Origin: Marsupella aquatica
Lineage: Eukaryota; Plantae; Marchantiophyta
Direction of reading: 5' to 3'
Assembly: GCA_973895155.1 (NCBI GenBank)
Contig: OZ316895.1
Location: 18,609,880-18,673,879, forward strand
DNA: 64,000 nucleotides
Shown: piece after piece, positions 37,778-49,760 of the stretch
How positions within the stretch are numbered: the stretch's first letter is position 1
Layout: each line of letters opens with the position of its first letter
Notes under the pieces: model-generated
Seen by the model: the letters and a program-made list of their open reading frames with translations, nothing else
The model's database searches: none
Told to the model about the DNA's origin: nothing
Position numbers and translations under genes: made by a program

Positions 37778-38772
37778 AAGTGTTGCTTTTGTTGTGATGT
37801 CCTCTGTTCACGTCCTTTGATGAGCAAGGTGAGCAGGAGGTCGACTTGCCTCGCCAACAGCAACCACCTAAACTAATCAGTTCCCACTCAACTACAGGTC
37901 ATAGTATACACATAGCATGAAACGTGCATAGTACATATTTGATTCTGAGTTTATGAGTTTCCTAAGACAAAGAGCTTGGTGATAAACCCATATTCTCGAT
38001 GGACATGTATATCAATCGTATTAAAATCCTGTTTTTTCATCCAGAAAGACCGAAAGTCTCACCTTGCAGGTTGCAGCAGAGAGAAAATTCACTGGTTGTC
38101 GTGTTGTGCAAGTGAACCTCCACTGATGCCCCCGGTGTAGCCCCTCAGATGCAGGTGACACTTACCAACTCCCAAGTTGCCTGGTCTAACAGAAAATGCT
38201 TATATCTTCAGAACTTTATAGAGCAAGTACATGATCACATACTTCTGGATCTATTCATATTTGGAACTCTTGCCAACTACAACTCCCATTATGCACAAGC
38301 TCACATCAACAGAGAAAAATACAGAATGCATACTTACTATGGCTCTAAGCACCTTCACTACCTTGTTGAACCCAGTCCTGAAGTCTTTTCAGCGTGTTTG
38401 TTGTGCTGTCTCCTTTGGCACCCAACACCTTAGTCCTTGATGTAACAGAATGCGATTTTACAAGTTAGATGCTTTGGAACCTTCTATGGTCTTAGCTGAA
38501 TTGATGTCATCGTAAGTGGTGAAAGACAAGGAAGACGAAAGCTGGTTGAAGAGCTGTGGACAACACACTAGCATGAAGTGCTTCAACCAATCCACTGCCA
38601 AACGGAACTCTTACACAGTCACATTCTTTCAGTAAACAGAAACTCAATCAAACTTCATAATCAAAGTACAGACTCTGAAGGACCAAAGGAGGATGTTGTG
38701 AGTTTCTCTGTTGTTTAATGTGTTACCCTTCTAGTTTCGAAGTTAGCAAATGCTGAATAATGTGTCTACCAG

Positions 38773-39112
38773 ATCTTCGAAAAGAAGCCCACCACAATTA
38801 AGAACTTTGGTATCTGGGTGAGGTATCAGAGTTGTACAGGTTATCCCAACATGTACAAGAAATATTGTGATACCACATTAAACAACCACACAGCAGATGT
38901 ATGATGAGATGGCTTCTTGTCATAGAGTTCGGTTCCCTTGCATCCAGATCATCAAGACTACGACAGTCCCTGTCTCTCTGTGCAAGCGAGAAAGTACCAA
39001 GCAGTTCCATGATTCAAAGATCAAGTTCCCCTTGACGTACCGCAAGATTCAACCTCCATCGCGAAAGCTAAAGACGACTTACAAGGCCACCAAGCCCAAC
39101 ACATTTGTTTGA
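38773..39112 (+). pseudogene. RPL18A: Captured last exon of 60S ribosomal protein L18a (eL20), frameshifted
   Basis: [27 protein letters not shown]...DTTLN / [20 protein letters not shown]...[18 protein letters not shown]...[15 protein letters not shown]; preceded by an AG acceptor. Confidence 0.93.
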
Positions 39113-40951
39113 GTAGTGCGGGTGTAGGTTCCCAATTTTGAAACAATTTGGCTCATTTTATGTCCCGAGGGACTCCAGGAGTTTATGTATTGAGTTTCTA
39201 GGTCAAGATGCTTAATATAAGGAAATTCAATTATCACCTCGTTCCCAACTTCTATTAATTGAATATACACAAGCTGGAAGCAAGAAGACAAGCCACAATC
39301 TAGCATCTTAGCCAAACACAATCGTCCCGACAAAGCAAAACTCAGCTGGACAGAAGTCACTCGGATCCACAAAAAATTGAAGATTCACCTCCAAGCCGGA
39401 GGCCGATCACTTCAGTACAGCAGCTTCTGGACGGAACAAACTCTGCTCAGCCCCACAAAAACACAAATGTTAAGGCTCCAAGTCAGAGCTCACAAACAGA
39501 AACTCAGATAAATAACATTCAAAATCTGTCCAGGTTTGTGCAAAGTGTACATATTCATTCTTCTGGAATGAACACGCAATGCATACATCGCCTAGACACA
39601 GTCATTATAAATCATTGGGCAATTGGGGACCACTAAGCAGGTGTGTTCCTATTTCGAGGCTACAAGAAAGGATAGAGTGACACCAAACTGAAGAGTACAC
39701 CAAAAGAAAAACAGCAAGAACCAAAGTCAATCATGTGTGGATATTTTGCACATGGGAAGTTCCCCTGAAGAAGCACCAGTTGCTAACATTGTCACCCGAA
39801 CCACACCCAGTTTATTACCTCAATGTCTTCAGCCTCAATATCCAATCCTCAGCCCCCTGGTGCTTCCGTGTTTGTTCTGAAAATTTCTGTGATGAAATAA
39901 TTATTCAATACATTCAATAGCAAAGAGAACTCAATCACAAAAGAAAAATAGTTAGTGTGAATGCTAATTTCTCAACACTTAACTAAATTCAAACCACCAA
40001 TTCAAGTAGTAAGTTTCAAAAACTTGCCTTTACATGAAGAGAAACCAATTGGCCATGCATGTTACTAAAGCAATAAACAAATAATTAGGCTCAACCCCGG
40101 GCTCAACACACAGGCAAACTACTCGAAACATGCTGCTGAGAAGTAACATTTTTTGAATGTCAGACTATGTGTAAGTGCCATGATCGTGCTCCTACGTTTC
40201 ACAAGGAGGGCTGGCCCGAAAGGGAGAAGCAACAATGTGGAGTCTATACACGTAGCACAAATCCCAGTTTAGAAGGGTGGATGAAGTTCAGACAAGAGTT
40301 CAGAACTTGCCATTTGAGATTGCCAATCTGAACTTCACATTCAGACAGGACTTCATCCAGTTCAGGAGTTCAGATAGGAGTTCAGACAATCTGAAGAGGA
40401 CTTTGGACTTGAATGAGGGACAGCGTGGCCATATAGTTATCCTTGTGGCCTTCAGCTGCGTGTCTCAGGCTGAATTTCACTTTCCAGTTTCGAGAGTTCT
40501 GAAGGTCTAGTTTTAGTAACTTCCTCCTGACTCGACTTGGGAGCATTCTCCCTATTTGCTAGCTTGTAGTTAGCTTTGACTCCTGTGAGCTTAGTTGACG
40601 ACCCTCTTGAGATATTAACAATTAGAACAAACACAAGTTGTCAAGACAGATTCCACCGGAGCAAAAAGTCCAAAATCAGGTGAAAGAAAACCTAAGGAAA
40701 GTCCATAAGAACGAAAGTAGGAAGGCAGGTGCACGGGCCACCGAGAAAAGTAAAGGATGCATGTGATTAGTGGGGAGGGATCTTAGCAAAAATAGGGGAA
40801 AGCAAGGGAACTTGCTGCTAAAATCAGCTGAACGATTGCACGGTTCCTATAAATTTAGTGGACCTTAAGGCCGTCTGTTCAGCCCCCCACCCCATTGCCA
40901 GAGCACGGGGCACAAGGCATGTTCTGATACAGGGAGGAGCAAAACAGTCAT

Positions 40952-41997
40952 GTCAAGCAAGAAATGTGGAGAGACCAATCAGTAAGCAAAAATAGGGGAG
41001 AACATACATACATGATCAGCAGCAGCAGGAAACAAGAAAGATGATTTTGGGTGGCATCTTAGGGTCGGGGACACCACTGCAACACCGGGACTTAGGATAT
41101 GAGTTGTTCTTAATCTGCTAGTAGCATCCGGCAGGCCGGCGACCCATGGCAAAAGGGCAGAGCAACAATCCGCTAAAACTACCGAGTCTCACCTTTGCGC
41201 TACTGACTGTCACCTTTGTCCAAGGTAGCTAGTAATAGCAAGTTGAAGTCCCGCTCCAAGTTGTCGGCTTCCACTCCAAGCTCCCTAAAAGATTGTGGCC
41301 TCAGGTCCAAGTCGTTAGCTCGCACGCGCAACTCCCTAAACCTACACACAGCGGAAGCTTAGCTCACCAACAACTTGCAGAAACAATGACCTCCCCTCTG
41401 AAACTGATAAAAACACCTGAATACAAATAGTGAAGCACGAGGACAGAACAGGGAGAAGCGTTTTGCAGTTTGGGACGACAATGCTAGGAGTGTATACACT
41501 TCGGGCAACAGGGAGGTCCAATAATAGTTTGAATCTGACGGATGAAGCTCTAGGCGAATGAGCTCCAGGAGATTGGGTGCATGATTGAGTAGGCAATTGT
41601 AACAGCAGGCACCTGGCGATTGAAGGAAGCAGCATTCGGCAATGGACCTAGGCAGCTCGCGAATTTTGCTCAGCAGCGATGTCACCTAGACCCTAAACAC
41701 GCAATGCATACATCACCTAGACAACTATACTTGCAGCCACGAGGTGAGTCCGCGATAGGGGATTGAAGGAAGCAGCAAGTCAAGCAAGAAGCGTGGAGAG
41801 ACCAATCAGTAAGCAAAAATAGGGGAGAATAGACATACATCAGCAGCAGCAGGAAACAAGAAAGATGATACTCTGTTCCATCTTAGAGTCGGGGACACTA
41901 CTGCAACACCGGGACTTAGGATATGACTTGTTTTTAAACTGGAGATAGCATCCAGCAGGCCGGCGACCCATGCCAAAAGGGCAGAGCAGCAATCCGC
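40952..41997 (+). repeat. Diverged ~220-bp direct repeat (40952-41173 and 41778-41997)
   Basis: Shared GTGGAGAGACCAATCAGTAAGCAAAAATAGGGGAGAA...GCAGGCCGGCGACCCATG...AAAAGGGCAGAGCA.CAATCCGC. Confidence 0.88.
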
Positions 41998-43539
41998 CAT
42001 GTAGCGATAGGCGAGAGCAGCGATTACGACGATGAAAGATGGTCAAAGCTGAAGCAAAACCCCTAAAGATGCAGCTTGGCCATACTCTCTTTCCTCACCT
42101 CATAGCGCTAGGCATTCAACCTCCCTCTTCAATGAACCTCACAACAGCTTGAAGGTCGATAGATTTTACCTCGTCTCCTGAGCAGAAACGTCTGCATTAG
42201 CTGAACAGAGCCCGGAACAGAGCTATCGCATTTAGCCTCCCGACTCCAAAATTGAACGCAACACAACCTCCAACTCCCAATGGCAGCTCAGTAGGTTGAT
42301 CAGCTCGGTCAATGCAGGTCAGTCGACCTCAATAGCCACACTAGAAGCTCACCGCAAGTCACTCAAAGGTCAGACTAGAAGCTCCGCCGCCTTCACACCG
42401 TAGCAAAAAACAATGAGACCAATATCGAGCAAGGCGACCCTGTTTGAATATTTGGCGACCATCAGGCTCCACCCCTCCTTTCTCGCTACCGTTCCCCCAT
42501 GTGATGGTTAAGCTTCTGAGGACACAATCAATCGCACAAATGTAGCTTAAAGCAGGACCTCACTAAGCAGACTATCGGTTAGGACCTTATAGACATAGAG
42601 ATAGATAGGTCAATGCAACCTTACTTGGGCCGATGCAGCATGTCTCTTCACAATGTGAAGCAGCGCAGCATTCCTCCACCTAGCTCGCAGTGATCCTCCG
42701 CCTTGCTTGCAGTAACCAGCCTCCGCCTAGCTAGTTTGCACTGTCACGGCTGCAACTTTTTGTGCAATGACTTGGCCCTCCTACCAACTACGAGCTCCCA
42801 AAAGTATGTCGAGCAGATGTACACTCAGGCACCACCTCGTAGAGCTCAACTCCAAGTCGGCAGCTCTCACTTGAAACTCAATAGCAGCTTAGCTCACCAG
42901 CAGGTTGAAAAGCGACAATGGACTCCCCTCAAAACTGATTGGCAGACCTCCACACTGACGCTCGTAGCAGGCCCAATCCTAAACACATTTGCACCCTAAA
43001 GTCCAGTCGCGCTCAAACACTTTCAAACGACCCTGCAGGAAGTTCGCGAAGAGTGCAGCTGGAATGAAGGTCGTCGACTCCCAATTTCCCTCGCAAAACC
43101 AACCTCTGCGGCACACTGACCCTGAACACTTAGGGCAAGTAGTACCCCCAAAATCTCTCGCAAAACCAACCTCCAAGGTACACTGACCCTGAGGGAAAGT
43201 AGTACCCCTCACATGTGGGCAGCCATCGAGTGACTTAGCAAACAGGTTGGTTTGGACATAAAAGAACCAATGCAAATGACTTAGCAAAAAGTTCAATGTG
43301 GGGAGAGTGCACTTTGGTCAAGAACAAGGCCAAATATAGTCAGGTATGAATCCACATTATAAGTGAAAGTACCCACCATTCTGATGAAAACCCCCATATT
43401 TATACCCATTATATTTGGACTTATTGAACCATGAGTGTGCAATATGTAGTTGCACCGGGAGTTGCATATTAGGGATTGGCATCCGAAATTGGCTAATGGG
43501 GTATGCATGCTGACGGAATTTTAAAAAATGATGTCCAAT

Positions 43540-43770
43540 TCATATTGCACTATTGTGGAGTAACTAACATAACTTACCTATTTCTTACTTACTAGTGTTA
43601 CAATAGCGACATTGGATAAAGTTGTAAGCATGACTTCCCACAACCTCACCAAAACTTAGTTGGTATGATGTAACTAACATGACACCCACAAACTTGGAGT
43701 CGCATATTTATGAAGGTCTCGCACAAGTCACATAGGGGAGGGTCTCAGAATGGGTGGTTTTCTTCTAGTG
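43540..43770. repeat. CACTA right subterminal region and TIR
   Basis: TAACTAACAT twice, AGTCAC/GGTCTC motifs, ends TTCTTCTAGTG. Confidence 0.7.
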
Positions 43771-46757
43771 TTGCGTGCCTCCTCTAGTTCCTTCTGGGCT
43801 TCCTCCCGTTCTTGTTTCAAGGTAGTCCTCTCCTCCTGGGTTGCTTTTAGCTCCTTGTCGAGCTCTGCAATGATGACAGACTCCATCTGGTTCATCTTGG
43901 CGTAAGTCTGTTCGAGCATCTCGTCCTTCTCCCTTAGGTCGGCCTTGAAGCTGGCCGTCAGGGACGCAAGCTCCTGCTGCAGCACCATAATCCCTTGATA
44001 GGATTTCCCTAACTCGGCCTCCTTCTGCTCAAGGGCTCCGCGGATTTTCTCGAGCTCCCCTTTCAACGCCCATTCCTTTCTTTGGGTCTCCGCCATGGCC
44101 CGGCTGTTGGCTGTTATGTGGGCCTCCTTTGTATTCTTCAGCTCTTGCTTCCACTTCTCCCTCTCTTTGATCGTGTCGGCCAACTCTTCCTGCGTCTGAG
44201 TCAGTTTATCCTTGATATTCTGATTATCAGCCTGCGCGGTGTCCAACTGCCCCTGCATGATGTTCAGCTCATGTCGTTTAATCCGCAGTTCATCTTGGGC
44301 TTTCTTGGCCGCCCTTAGATCTTCAATCTCGGCTTCCATCCTCCTAAGCCGCCGAATGACCTCGTCCTTCTTGCTTCTCTCTAAAGCCACCGCTTCTTCT
44401 AATTGGTGCTTCTCCAACTGCTCCCTATGGAAAAAGGGTCCTACCTCCAACTCCTCTCCAAAGATGCCGAGCGCAAGTTCCCCACACATCTCACCATACT
44501 CCATGGCTCTATTCTTAGCGTAGGTGGAGTAAGTAGAAGTGATCGGCATCGCCCATCGCGGCCTCTGCTCCCAAGCCGTCCTGCGGATCTCTTCAATCGT
44601 GGCTAGAGGTTTGCTTCCTTTTTTGGCTAGCCGCCTGATGTCCTCCGGCCAATCTCCTCCTGGTAAATCCTTTTCCTTAGCCAGGGCGGCCTCCTCCTCC
44701 TGCTTGATTCGCTCCTGAAATTCCTGCACCGTCTATTTTATGCCGTCGAAGCTCGGGGGAGCAACATCTGGTGGGGGAGACTCAGGGCTACTCTGCTGGT
44801 TGGGGTCCCCTCGCACTACCCTTGGAAGTGTGGGGACAAACCGGCCACAGGTCCTTACTCCTGGAACGTGATGGTCCGACCCATAGCCAGAATTATCATG
44901 GCTGCAGTCCTCCACTGCCTCCTCTACCTCTTGGACGTCCGGCTTCTCCCTCTCCTCTTCGTCGGTAGGAGCTTCAGGCAATTCTGCCTCAAATTCGGAG
45001 CTTGAGGTTCCCACGTACATTCGAACACCTGGCTTGGATTCCGGCCTGATTCTCTCCTTGTCTCCAGCAAAGGGGTTTTCTCTTGTGAGCCGGTGTAGGC
45101 CTACCTCTGTAGTAGTGTCCTGCATTGTTGCCGTTGCCGTTGTTGTTGCCGATGCCGATTTCTTTTCTTTCTCCAGTAGTTTCAGCAGACTCTGCATGCC
45201 TGGTTGCTGCATCGGCAAGTCTTCCTTCTTGGGCCTAAACACCTGCTCGATCGTAGGACTAACAGGTGGTTGAGGCTTCTCAGCCAACGGCCTCGGCGTT
45301 GGAGCTTCCTCGGCTGCCCTTACCTGCAGGGGAAGTACCGGGGCAAAAGTCTGACCTCTGGCATACCGGCACAACAGCGGCATGTGATAGCCCAGCCGCG
45401 ACACGCTCCCCATGCCGATTACCTGCTGCTCCTCCTTTAAGATCTTCTTCAATTGGTTGAGGAGGTACCCGTTGTAGTCCCGGCTTGGGTCTGGCCTTTC
45501 TGCCAGATAGACCTGTGCCTTGCCGATCTCTGCCCTCGGCAAGTTACAATGCATGGTCACCCGCAAGAAGTCGATCATCTCTCCTATGTGCGGGTTGGTG
45601 CAGGTGTTCCGGAAGAAGCCATTCTTCGTTGATGGCCCGGGGAATGACCGGAACTCCTTGTCAGGCAAGGTCTTCCTGGTATCAACTTTGGTCTTATTGC
45701 CTATCGGCAGGCCAAACACTTCGGCAATTACCTTGGGAGTAAGATAGAAATCCTTCCCATATATCCTCGTGCAATTGGTCTCGGGTTCCCATGACCCCAC
45801 GAATTCTAATAGGTCTGACTCCGGTACCTCCGGGTTCAGCCATGGTAATCTTACAAAGGCCTCCAAGCCGGATCCGGCCATGAAGCCTTGGTACTTCTTG
45901 GTCTGCATGGCCGTAAAGCATGCATCCTCCTCCCGTGCAAAATGTAGTTGCACCTCCACCGGTAGGGTTGCCGCCCAGCCCTTCCAGGTGTCATCCCTGG
46001 TTGGAATGGCCTTGATGGGATCGACCTCCTCCTCTTCGGCTTCTCCCTGCCTCCTGCTCTGCTGCTCGGCTGGCTTCTTTGGTGCCGCCGACCTCATTCT
46101 TTTTGCCGGGGTGGCTTCATCGTTGACGGCTCCCTTCCTCTTCATCTCTGCTGCCGTGGAGGTTTCTCCTAGCACCATTGCCTGGGTCCACCTTTCCGTG
46201 CTACCCTTTAATTCCCAATGTATGTCGTTGCAGTTCTTGATGGCCTCTCGGATGCCGACGACGCTTTCGTTGCAAAACAGAAGATCGTCGAGTTGATTGG
46301 AAGTAGGCGTCCACAGGAACTCGTCCTTGATGAGTTCGCCTCCTAAGAAAGCCGTCTTCTGCAGCTCCCACAATCGAGCGAGCTCCTGTCGTTCTCGAGC
46401 TGCCCTTTCTGATTCCTCGTCCTTGTAAGTCTTGATGTACTCAGTTGCCCGTTCGAACAGGCATCCCCAGAAATGTGCCGCTTGATTGACGTTGCTCATA
46501 CCCTCCTTAGGTCGATCGTCGGTATCTACTCTCTCCCCGAGTGCTTGCCTAAGCAGCTGACAGTAGTTGGCCTCCCGTAGTCGTCTGCCTAGTTCGTGCT
46601 CGCAAATGAGCCACCATCTCCTGCAAGCGCTCCTTACCCCTCTCCTCTGCCGGTCCTTCTTCCCGTTGATCCTTCCTAGCCGCCGACGCTTAATGCGCCC
46701 TAACCCTAATCGGGTTTTCACCCTCAGCCTTACCTCCGGCCTCGGCCCGGGTTCCAT
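43771..46757 (-). pseudogene. LTR-encoded ORF, copy in C 5' LTR (one stop at 44733; split by CACTA, ends at 24879)
   Basis: 674-aa and following in-frame segments; the frame continues on the other side of the CACTA element. Confidence 0.9.
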
Positions 46758-46872
46758 GGTTGCCCCTAATTGTTTATATTTTCCTTGTTTTGTCCCTATA
46801 CTAAGGTGTTCCTAGGGTGCCTTCCTGCTTTACCCACTTAACCGGCCGAGTGATTCCTGTCTAGGCATCACA
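43771..46872 (-). repeat. 5' LTR of element C, proximal part
   Basis: Starts TGTGATGCCTAG at 46872; colinear with the B 5' LTR. Confidence 0.92.
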
Positions 46873-49691
46873 GTCCTTGACCTCTTCGTCTTCTTCTTCC
46901 AAGTCACCTTCCATTGGTTCTTGCCATAATCCGCTGGGGGGTACCTCTGGTCCCAAGACACTTTCTTTGGTTAGATCAGTGAGGCATTCTAACCAACGTA
47001 CTTCATCGGCTGACTCCAGTCCACTGTCGTACCCATCTACTTCCCTTATGCTTTTCCTACGGTCATCCTTAGTGTCCCAGGATACCGTGATAGATGGGGT
47101 CCTGAAAGTGAACTGCTTTTTACCCCAATCTTCTATTACCTCGGCTAGGTACAGCCATGGCCTACCAATCAATAGCCGGAATGACGTAGGATTTACCGGC
47201 TTCATTACTACATAGTTAATGCTAAAGAAAATACCTCCTATCTCTGTCTTGATGCCGGTTAACACTCCCGTGGGAATGACCTGATACCCATTGGCCATGT
47301 TTAGCACTCTTCCAGTCATCTCTGGTGTTAGACCCCACCCTTTTGCTGTTGAATCAATCATAATACATACCCCTGATCCTCCATCGATGGGTACCCGTAG
47401 TAATAATTCTCCTTGAATCATTAATGGTAATGCTGGGGCTCCTTGATCTTCTTCTATCATTAGTACGTCGGATCTGGTCGCTACCTTGGGTAATCTCGGC
47501 TTGCTGAGAATAGCCTTCCTTAATTGCTTCCGGAAGTACGGGCTATTTTTCAATAGTTGCCCAACTGTTGCCGAGACTCTAGACTCTAGTACATCTTTAG
47601 CCAGGTCATAGGGAACAATCGGCTTCTCCTCTGGTGGTGTCTCCATCTTGGATTCGGCCTGTTTTGCCATGCTAGTCTCCACAGCTGTTGGATCCTCCAA
47701 AGCGAACAATGCTTTTGCTCGTTTCACATCCTTGGCAATGGCTTCGGTATTCTCCAGGGTTTCTAATTCTCTCAGTTGTTCCTTAACACTAGCCGTAACA
47801 GAGGGGTAGAACAACTTAGGATGATCTCGATTGAAGTCGCTATCTTGTGAAGGATTGGGTTCACTGGTGGGCTCATGGCTTACCTGTATTGCCGGAGCCC
47901 TCCCTTCTCCTTCCGTTGATGTTGACGAAGAGTCGATCTTTTCCTCCGTAACCTTCCCTTTATTTTTGGCCAGCCCATCCCACCTTTCCTTCCTTCTGGT
48001 AGATCGAGTAGAGACCCGGTAGCAATCATGATCTAAATCTTCTTCTGAGAAGGTTGATAGGGCCTCGGCCTCATCATCAGATGGTACGAACTCTACCTCG
48101 GCATCCTCTTGCCATCCTAGTTTGATGTGGTTGATTTGAACTCCTCCGGGGGTAGTACCTGGCGGTAAGACCTTTATTGGCAAGAGCTTATGATTTGCGG
48201 CCAGGCCTGCCACCCAAGTAGGACATTGCCCTAGCATATGACCTTCCTGTCGGCATCCCATACATAGTTGAGCTGGTTGTCCATCACCCTGTTTGCGAGC
48301 ATTCGGGCATTCTCTAGCAAAATGGCCAGGTTGACCACAATTATAGCATGCCGCAAATCTTTGCACATTCGGCCTAGGAGGTACTGACGGGTTCTGAATA
48401 ATCCGAGGATACATCTCTCCTGGATTGTTCCTTAATCCTGACCACAGGGATGCAGGTCTGTTGGATAGGTCTCGTGCTCCAGTCTCACTGATGCCGAAAA
48501 CACTATCAGTGGCATCCCCTAAAAAGTACTCTACTTCTCCCTGACATGGTCTGATCTCGGCCACATGCCGAACATGATTAGTATTAAGTTTAGGACACGC
48601 ATCTTTATGGTGTCCGGTTTTATAACATAAGGCACACCATACAGAGCTATCCTCCTGTACTACCTTCTTCTACGACTTTACCTCTGCAATTATAGCCTTA
48701 AGTTGCTCGGTAAGGGCTACGATGTTATCTGGTGGCTTAGCCTCCAACTTGACTTTCGTCTTCCCTCTCCTTCTGCCCTTCCTTTTCCTAGTTTTTTCTT
48801 CTTCAGAACTAGAAGATGACTCACTCTTGCTACTTCCACTATCCGAGCTTGAGTTATCACTTCTTGACTTCTTAGAATGTTTCTTCTTCTTATCTTTTTT
48901 CTTATGGGGTGATCCCTCCTCTGATGAGGAACTCTCAGACTTAAGCTGTTTCTTCCGGCTTGTGATATCTGCATTAATGTATAATTGAATATCCTTAATT
49001 GCATCGGCTAAAGTCTCCGGGTTCTCCTTCCTAATTGCAAAACTCATCTTCTGTGGCAAAGCATTCACCAACCATTGAAGTTGCATACCTTCAGATGCAT
49101 TGGTCTTTGTACGTCTTACTAGTTTCTGAAAGCGTTGCAAGAACTTCCTGAAGGATTTGTTCTCCTTGAACCGAAGTCGTCCCAACTTCAGCACTGCTAG
49201 TTCTGAAGTTCCAATGGGTCGAAACTCCTTAACAAAGAGTGTTTTGAAGATATCCCAGATGGCTTGATCTTCCACATCTAATGCTCTGTACCAAGGCCTA
49301 CCCTCACCCTTGAACAGGCCAGGAAGAATCTGCATCTTGATGGCCGATTCTCCATTTGCTGCAACGGTTCCCTCGAAATCATCCAACCATTCGTCCGGAT
49401 CCTCATCTCCTCTCCCATGAAATGCCTTGTAATGTATGCGCGACTGTTGGCTCAGTCTGGTCCCTGGCCTCTCGTCTGGCCGTGCCTCTGGTTCCCCCAT
49501 GTCGGTTGGAGACTCACTTCTCCTTACCGACTCTTCTTCTAGTATGTCTTCTTTGACGCCACTTCCAGCTTCGGAGCTACCAGCTCTTTCTGCCCCTCTC
49601 AGTCGCTGTGTATCATGCCACCCGGCGAGCTGCTGCAGTCGAGCTCTCTCCCGTTGAATCACTCTTTCTTCCTCGGCGTAAGGTCAGTCAT
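46873..49691 (-). pseudogene. gag-protease of element B
   Basis: ORFs 49662-48670 and 48564-46861, near-identical to gag-PR of C; interrupted by element C. Confidence 0.93.
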
Positions 49692-49738
49692 TCCCTACGC
49701 TTCCTTTCTAACTTCATATCTCACGGCTTAAGAAATGC

Positions 49739-49756
49739 CCCCTCCATCTAGCGCCA
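49739..49756 (-). other. Primer binding site (tRNA-Asn type) of element B
   Basis: TGGCGCTAGATGGAGGGG, 4 nt from the LTR end at 49761. Confidence 0.8.
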
Positions 49757-49760
49757 AAAA

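Larger units (their letters stand above)
25528..43770 (-). mobile_element. Complete CACTA (En/Spm) DNA transposon, 18.2 kb, with cargo genes
   Basis: Terminal inverted repeats CACTAGAAGAA / TTCTTCTAGTG; 3-bp TSD TTG at 25525-25527 and 43771-43773; TnpD- and TnpA-like genes. Confidence 0.96.
17635..46872 (-). mobile_element. Ty3/Gypsy LTR retrotransposon family 1, copy C, inserted between protease and RT of B
   Basis: Termini TGTGATG (46872) and CACCACA (17635); 5-bp TSD GTCCT at 17630-17634 and 46873-46877. Confidence 0.95.

Noticed and set aside
41342-43508. Short ORFs (60-108 aa) in the 5' region of the CACTA
   Set aside because: No recognisable motifs, they overlap duplicated non-coding blocks, and their lengths are compatible with chance
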